From assembly GCA_963674785.1 (NCBI GenBank), contig OY771555.1:1568001-1632000 (forward strand): 64,000 nt of DNA, written 5' to 3'. Each line of letters opens with the position of its first letter. Position 1 is the stretch's first letter. Under the pieces are notes generated by a model. It had not been told where the DNA came from and ran no database searches. It saw only the letters and a program-made list of their open reading frames with translations. This DNA comes from Caldisericia bacterium. Its GTDB lineage: Bacteria; Caldisericota; Caldisericia; JAAYUI01. A program made the translations under genes and the position numbers. Below, one piece after another: positions 59,246-64,000 of this stretch.

Positions 59246-60007
59246 ATGAAAAAGGATTCATTATATTCAATTGGTAATGCGATTGCTTTAGCTACGACTC
59301 TTGTTGTAAATTACATCGCAGCAACTGTTGGAATAAACGGGTTTAAAACTGGAGAGATATCTGATGGAATAAAGAGTTTGTTTACACCTGCTGGGTATGT
59401 CTTCTCAATCTGGGGATTGATTTATATTCTTTTGATTATTTTTGTTATTGCTCAGCTTGTGCCAAAAAGCAGAGATTCAAAAATCTTAGACCGAATTGGC
59501 CCATGGTTTATGCTGAGTTGTGTTTTTAATATTGCCTGGATGTTTGCGTGGCACTACGGTCAAATCTTTCTCTCCCTGCTTATAATAATCTGTTTTTTCC
59601 TGTCTCTTTTGATGATCTATCTTAAGGTTGGAAAACGAGAAAATGATTCTCCTGATAGGAATTGTTTCTTTGTGAGAATTCCTTTTTCTATCTATTTCGG
59701 GTGGTTGTCTGTTGCAGTTGTTGCTAATGTTGCTGCGTTCTTGGTTTCTGCCGGTTGGAACGGATTTGGGATTTCACCTGTTATTTGGACAATTGTGATT
59801 CTGATTATTGCTGCTTCTATCGCTATTGCAAATACGCTAATCAGACAAGATATGCTTTATCCTTTGGTTTTTGTTTGGGCATATGTTGGAATAGCGGTTG
59901 CCAATGCTGGAACCCAGGCGATTATCTTAACAGGCTACATACTTGCTGGATTGATTTTCCTCAGTTCTGTTTTTGCGCTCATTAGAGGTTTGCCTCAAAA
60001 ACGGTAA
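59246..60007 (+). CDS. TspO/MBR-like (tryptophan-rich sensory) membrane protein
   Basis: FTPAGYVFSIWGLIY, NIAWMFAW, FSIYFGWLSVA; SD AGGAGG. Confidence 0.8.
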   Translation: MKKDSLYSIGNAIALATTLVVNYIAATVGINGFKTGEISDGIKSLFTPAGYVFSIWGLIYILLIIFVIAQLVPKSRDSKILDRIGPWFMLSCVFNIAWMFAWHYGQIFLSLLIIICFFLSLLMIYLKVGKRENDSPDRNCFFVRIPFSIYFGWLSVAVVANVAAFLVSAGWNGFGISPVIWTIVILIIAASIAIANTLIRQDMLYPLVFVWAYVGIAVANAGTQAIILTGYILAGLIFLSSVFALIRGLPQKR

Positions 60008-60058
60008 AGAGATTGTCAATATCCTTTGGTAGAAAAATACTGTCAACAAGCAGGTTTG

Positions 60059-60086
60059 TTGACACTTCCAAACCATGATATATACT
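60059..60086 (+). promoter_or_regulatory. sigma70 promoter of dnaX-ybaB-recR-glmS (leaderless geometry)
   Basis: TTGACA-16-TATACT, then 7 nt to the GTG start. Confidence 0.7.
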
Positions 60087-60093
60087 CCTTCTC

Positions 60094-61643
60094 GTGTCAA
60101 ATAAACATGTTTCATTGTATAGAAAATGGCGATCTCAGTCGTTACCAGAGATCATTGGGCAGGAGTTTGCAGTCAAAACTCTCACCAATGCGCTTACAAA
60201 TGGTAAGATTGCTCATGCCTACCTTTTTTCTGGTCCGCGTGGAACGGGAAAAACAAGTTTAGCAAGAATCCTTGCTAAGTCTGTCAATTGCCTGAAAAAT
60301 GGTGTGAGTGTCAATCCTTGCCAGGAGTGTGAAAGCTGTAAGTCGATTACAGACGGTACAAGTCTTGATGTGATGGAGATCGATGCTGCTTCAAACCGCG
60401 GTGTTGATGATATTCGTCAGCTTCGGGAGCGCGTGAAATTCACACCTGTCAAGTCAAGATACAAAGTCTACATCATCGATGAGGTTCACATGCTCACAGG
60501 TGAGGCTTTCAATGCACTCTTGAAAACCCTCGAAGAACCTCCAGAACATGTGATTTTCATTATGGCAACAACAGAACCTCACAAAATTCCAATAACAATT
60601 TTGAGTAGAGTTATGCGTTTTGATTTGAAGCGTATTCCTACAGAACAGCAGATAACACTTTTGAGAAAAATTTCTGATTCTGAAGGTATCGATATTACCG
60701 ATTTGGCTCTCCACAAACTCGCAGTTCAGAGTAACGGTTCACTTCGTGATTCTGAGTCTATGCTTGACCAGATTGCATCGTTTTCGACAGGAAAGATTGA
60801 CGAAGATGAGGTTTCATCGCTTCTTGGGATTATGAGTGAAGAGTTTTTATCAAACCTTCTTCAGAGATTTCTAAGGGTAATGCAAGAGAATCAATTGAAT
60901 TAATCAGAGACTCTTATAAAAATGGAAAAGACCCTGGGCAAATCGTAAATGATTTCCTGATCTTCATTCATGTGATGATTCTGAAAAAAATTGGTGTTTC
61001 CACAAAAGAGTTGGTCAGCGAATATGCAATTTCTGAGGATATTATTGATAAAACATCTGATTTTGTAGAGTTTACTAAACTCCGTGATTTGGAAACCTCA
61101 CTTCGAGAGACATCTGCTTCAATGAAATATGCATTCTCTCCGCTTGCAACACTTGAGATGGCAGTAATGGATTTAATCGATATGGTGTCACCCCGGAGTA
61201 AATCTCAATCTGTAAGCCATAACATTGAAAAGCCAGCAGCAGTAAAAACAGAAGGAAAAAGAGAGAAACAACCAGAGCAGGTGATTGAAGAAGATACCAA
61301 AAAAGATATTCAGCAGTCTGAACCCGTGCAGGGTGGAAGTTTTTCAGAAAATCTTAAAAATCTTACAAAGAGACGTGAGATAATTATGTATGCGTTTCTC
61401 TCAAGGGCAGTTTCAATTGAGATGGATGATGGAGTGCTTAAGATAGTGCTTCCATCAAATGCTGAGTTTGAAAAAAACAGACTTCTTGAATCAGAAACTC
61501 AGAAAAAAATCAAAACAATCACCACTGAACTTGGTGTTGATTTAAAATCTATAGATGTAACACTCGAGGATATTGGTGACATAAAACAAGACAAGGACGT
61601 AAAATCAGCAGCAGAATTATTTGGTGCTAAAATTAAGGAGTAA
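60094..61643 (+). CDS. dnaX: DNA polymerase III gamma/tau subunit, split by a -1 frame discontinuity near 60860
   Basis: SLYRKWR, GPRGTGKT, EIDAASNRGVD, IIDEVHML, NALLKTLEEPP; the -1 frame continues EISKGNARESIELIRDSYKNGKDP into the ORF ending at 61643. Confidence 0.88.
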
Positions 61644-61647
61644 AATA

Positions 61648-61938
61648 ATGGGACAGATGGATATGATTAAACAGGCAATGGCAATGAGATCACAGATGAA
61701 AGTGATCGACAAGAAGCTTCAGAATATGAGAATTGAAGAAGAGATCGGAAAAGGCGACCAGACAGTAAAAGTCATTGCAAACGGAAGAATGGAAATCATT
61801 GGTCTTTCAATTTCTGATGAAGCAATGGATATGCCAAATGATAAACTTGCAAAACTCATTTTGCAGACTGTAACAAAGGCTCAGTCTGAAGCAAAGAATT
61901 CTGCAGCAAAAATAGCAAGGGATTTGCAACTGGGCTAG
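61648..61938 (+). CDS. ybaB: YbaB/EbfC nucleoid-associated protein
   Basis: MIKQAMAM, VKVIANG; position between dnaX and recR. Confidence 0.8.
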   Translation: MGQMDMIKQAMAMRSQMKVIDKKLQNMRIEEEIGKGDQTVKVIANGRMEIIGLSISDEAMDMPNDKLAKLILQTVTKAQSEAKNSAAKIARDLQLG

Positions 61939-62547
61939 ATGACATATCCTGTTAAGGCCTTTGATGAGCTTGTTGAGCAATTAAATAGGCTTCCTGGGAT
62001 TGGTCCCAAATCAGCAGAACGGCTTGCCATTTTTATTCTGGGAATGGAACCAGAAGAGGCGGTTCAGATTGGTGAAGCAGTCTCTTCACTTCACAGCCGA
62101 GTGACAAGATGTCCGAATTGTTTCAATATTTCAGATGGTGGACTGTGTAGCATTTGCTCAGACCCAAGGAGAGACAAGTCGGTAATCCTTGTTGTTGAGG
62201 AAATAAGGGATGTTTTGGCAATCGAACGCTCTGGAACATATGGTGGTCTTTACCATGTTCTTGGCGGGACAATAAGACTTTCATCAGGTGTCGGCCCCGA
62301 AAAACTCACAATCGATGCTCTTGTTAACAGAGTAAAAAAAGAGCGACCAGATGAGGTTATCCTTGCTACAAACCTCACCCACGAAGGCAATCTAACAGCC
62401 TTATATATTCAGCGTGAGCTATCTTCACAAAACTGTTTGATTACAAGAATAGCCTCTGGAATCCCTGCTGGTACTGAACTTGAATTTGCAGATGATCTTA
62501 CTCTTTCCCATTCAATCAAAGGAAGAGTTAATCTTGATAAGGAGTAA
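61939..62547 (+). CDS. recR: Recombination protein RecR
   Basis: LPGIGPKSAERLA, C4 Zn finger, YHVLGG, EVILATN. Confidence 0.95.
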   Translation: MTYPVKAFDELVEQLNRLPGIGPKSAERLAIFILGMEPEEAVQIGEAVSSLHSRVTRCPNCFNISDGGLCSICSDPRRDKSVILVVEEIRDVLAIERSGTYGGLYHVLGGTIRLSSGVGPEKLTIDALVNRVKKERPDEVILATNLTHEGNLTALYIQRELSSQNCLITRIASGIPAGTELEFADDLTLSHSIKGRVNLDKE

Positions 62548-62552
62548 AAATT

Positions 62553-64000
62553 ATGTGTGGAATCTTTGGAATTGTTTACGATAATGACAAAAAAGAGATG
62601 GGTAAAATTCTCACTGAGGCAGCAAAAAGCCTGACTTACAGAGGGTATGACTCGGTTGGTGCAGTTGCTGTAACAAAAGAGGGTGATGCTGACCTCAGGA
62701 AAGATGTGGGAAAAGTAGATGAGGTGGCGACCGAGCTTAGATTTGATGAACTCTCTGGAAACCGTGGAATCACACAGCTTAGATGGGCAACTTTTGGCGT
62801 TCCTGCACAAAGAAATGCACAGCCACATTTTGATACCCATCAAAAAATTGTTGGCGCACACAACGGGAATATTGTAAACACCGTTCACCTTATCAGAGAT
62901 TTGACAGCCAAGGGTCATGTTTTCAAAGGTGAAAACGATGGTGAGGTTGTCGTGCATGCGATCGAAGATGCATTCAATGACAACTCTGATTTGGATTTGT
63001 CAATCAGAGAAGCCAGAAAAATGCTTAAGGGTGACTACGCATTTGCAATTACTGCCCTTGGAAGCGATAAGATGTATTGCGCAAAGATGGGTAGCTCTCT
63101 TTACCTTGGTGTTGGTGACGGATTTGTTTGCACTTCTTCAGACCTTCCATCAATTCTAAATCTCACAAACAAGATTGTTCCACTCAACGATGGAGAGTAC
63201 GTTGAGTTTGATCACGATTCTTTTGAGATTCGCGATATGGATACAGGTAACAGAATTGAACGTGAACCACTTGATTCAGAGCTTTCAAAAGAGTCTGCAT
63301 CAAAAGGAGAATTTCCATTCTTTATGGAAAAAGAGATTCATGAACAACCAGAAAGAGCCCAGGCTTTGCTTGATTTCCTTGAAGAATCTGATGACCTTGT
63401 TCCGTTTGCAGAAGAGCTTGCAAACGCAAATAGGGTATATCTGATTGGCTCAGGATCATCATACAATGCTTGTGTTATTGGCTCGTATTACCTCAATAAA
63501 CTTGGAGGTTGTTCAACATTCCCAGTTGTTGCAAGTTCATTTATTGAGCATTTCGGTGAGAGCGTAAGACCCGATGATATCTTTGTTCTTGTTTCTCAGT
63601 CTGGTGAAACCAAGGATGTTATCAATGTTTTGAATAAATGCACTGAGTGGGGACTTCAGAACAATGTTCTCGGAATCGTTAACGTTCTTGGTTCAACTCT
63701 TATGATGAGATCAAGACGTTATCTTCCGCTTCTTTGCAATCTTGAAATTGCTGTTGCTGCCACAAAAACATTCATCAACCAGATTCTACTCTTCTTTGCT
63801 GTTGCAACAGAGGTTGCCAAAATCAATGGTAGAGCAGGACACCTTCCAGAGGTTCTCAAGCAAACACCACATGCAATCCAGGACACAATTGATAAAATGA
63901 GTGATCAGGCTCATGAGCTTGGAAAAAAATACAAGGATTGTGATGATATGTATATCCTTGGTTACGGAATCACATTTGGTTCGGCTCTTGAGGGCGCCCA
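62553..64000 (+). CDS. glmS: Glutamine-fructose-6-phosphate transaminase (partial, runs off window)
   Basis: Hand translation MCGIFG...YRGYDS...RWAT...HNG...FMEKEIHEQP...SQSGETKD...VAATKTF. Confidence 0.9.
   Translation, partial: MCGIFGIVYDNDKKEMGKILTEAAKSLTYRGYDSVGAVAVTKEGDADLRKDVGKVDEVATELRFDELSGNRGITQLRWATFGVPAQRNAQPHFDTHQKIVGAHNGNIVNTVHLIRDLTAKGHVFKGENDGEVVVHAIEDAFNDNSDLDLSIREARKMLKGDYAFAITALGSDKMYCAKMGSSLYLGVGDGFVCTSSDLPSILNLTNKIVPLNDGEYVEFDHDSFEIRDMDTGNRIEREPLDSELSKESASKGEFPFFMEKEIHEQPERAQALLDFLEESDDLVPFAEELANANRVYLIGSGSSYNACVIGSYYLNKLGGCSTFPVVASSFIEHFGESVRPDDIFVLVSQSGETKDVINVLNKCTEWGLQNNVLGIVNVLGSTLMMRSRRYLPLLCNLEIAVAATKTFINQILLFFAVATEVAKINGRAGHLPEVLKQTPHAIQDTIDKMSDQAHELGKKYKDCDDMYILGYGITFGSALEGA

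Noticed and set aside
60008-60093. SRP RNA or tRNA upstream of dnaX
   Set aside because: No GC-rich hairpin, SRP loop motif or cloverleaf; the space is occupied by a promoter
62548-62552. glmS ribozyme
   Set aside because: Only 5 nt separate recR and glmS

Overview
AT-rich bacterial chromosomal window made up almost entirely of housekeeping genes. The host is probably an anaerobe from a deep-branching lineage. Secreted proteins with C-terminal copper-amine-oxidase-N ('stalk') domains suggest Caldisericota or similar, but that is inference only. Contents in order: start of the dcw cluster (rnpB-rsmH-ftsL-ftsI-murE-murF), pfk/dnaE/glmM, infC-rpmI-rplT, mae-tgt-HD-thrS, a long + strand run (clpC/B, DUF4330-murJ-LCP-Wzy/WaaL-like envelope locus, glyQS, four-subunit 2-oxoacid:ferredoxin oxidoreductase, glnA), a small accessory block (HAD-mnmA-putative HEPN nuclease-Phd/RelE toxin-antitoxin pair), rpsO-pnp-M16-udg-rnj-nudF-queT-split NAD synthetase, surface proteins, tatD-metG, a TspO-like gene and dnaX-ybaB-recR-glmS. 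I saw no tRNA, rRNA, CRISPR array or transposase. Main oddities: (1) rsmH has no start codon outside the RNase P RNA gene, so its conserved N-terminus seems to be translated from inside rnpB, and mraZ is absent. (2) An orphan RxxxxH (HEPN-like) gene is coupled to mnmA and sits next to a TA pair whose promoter carries four TGTACA boxes at an exact 11-bp period. (3) MurE lacks the usual substrate-specificity motifs. (4) dnaX is frameshifted. (5) There are probable AUA start codons and leaderless mRNAs. (6) A CsoR-type operator lies inside the TspO-like gene's promoter. All family calls come from motif recognition by eye; no database searches were run.
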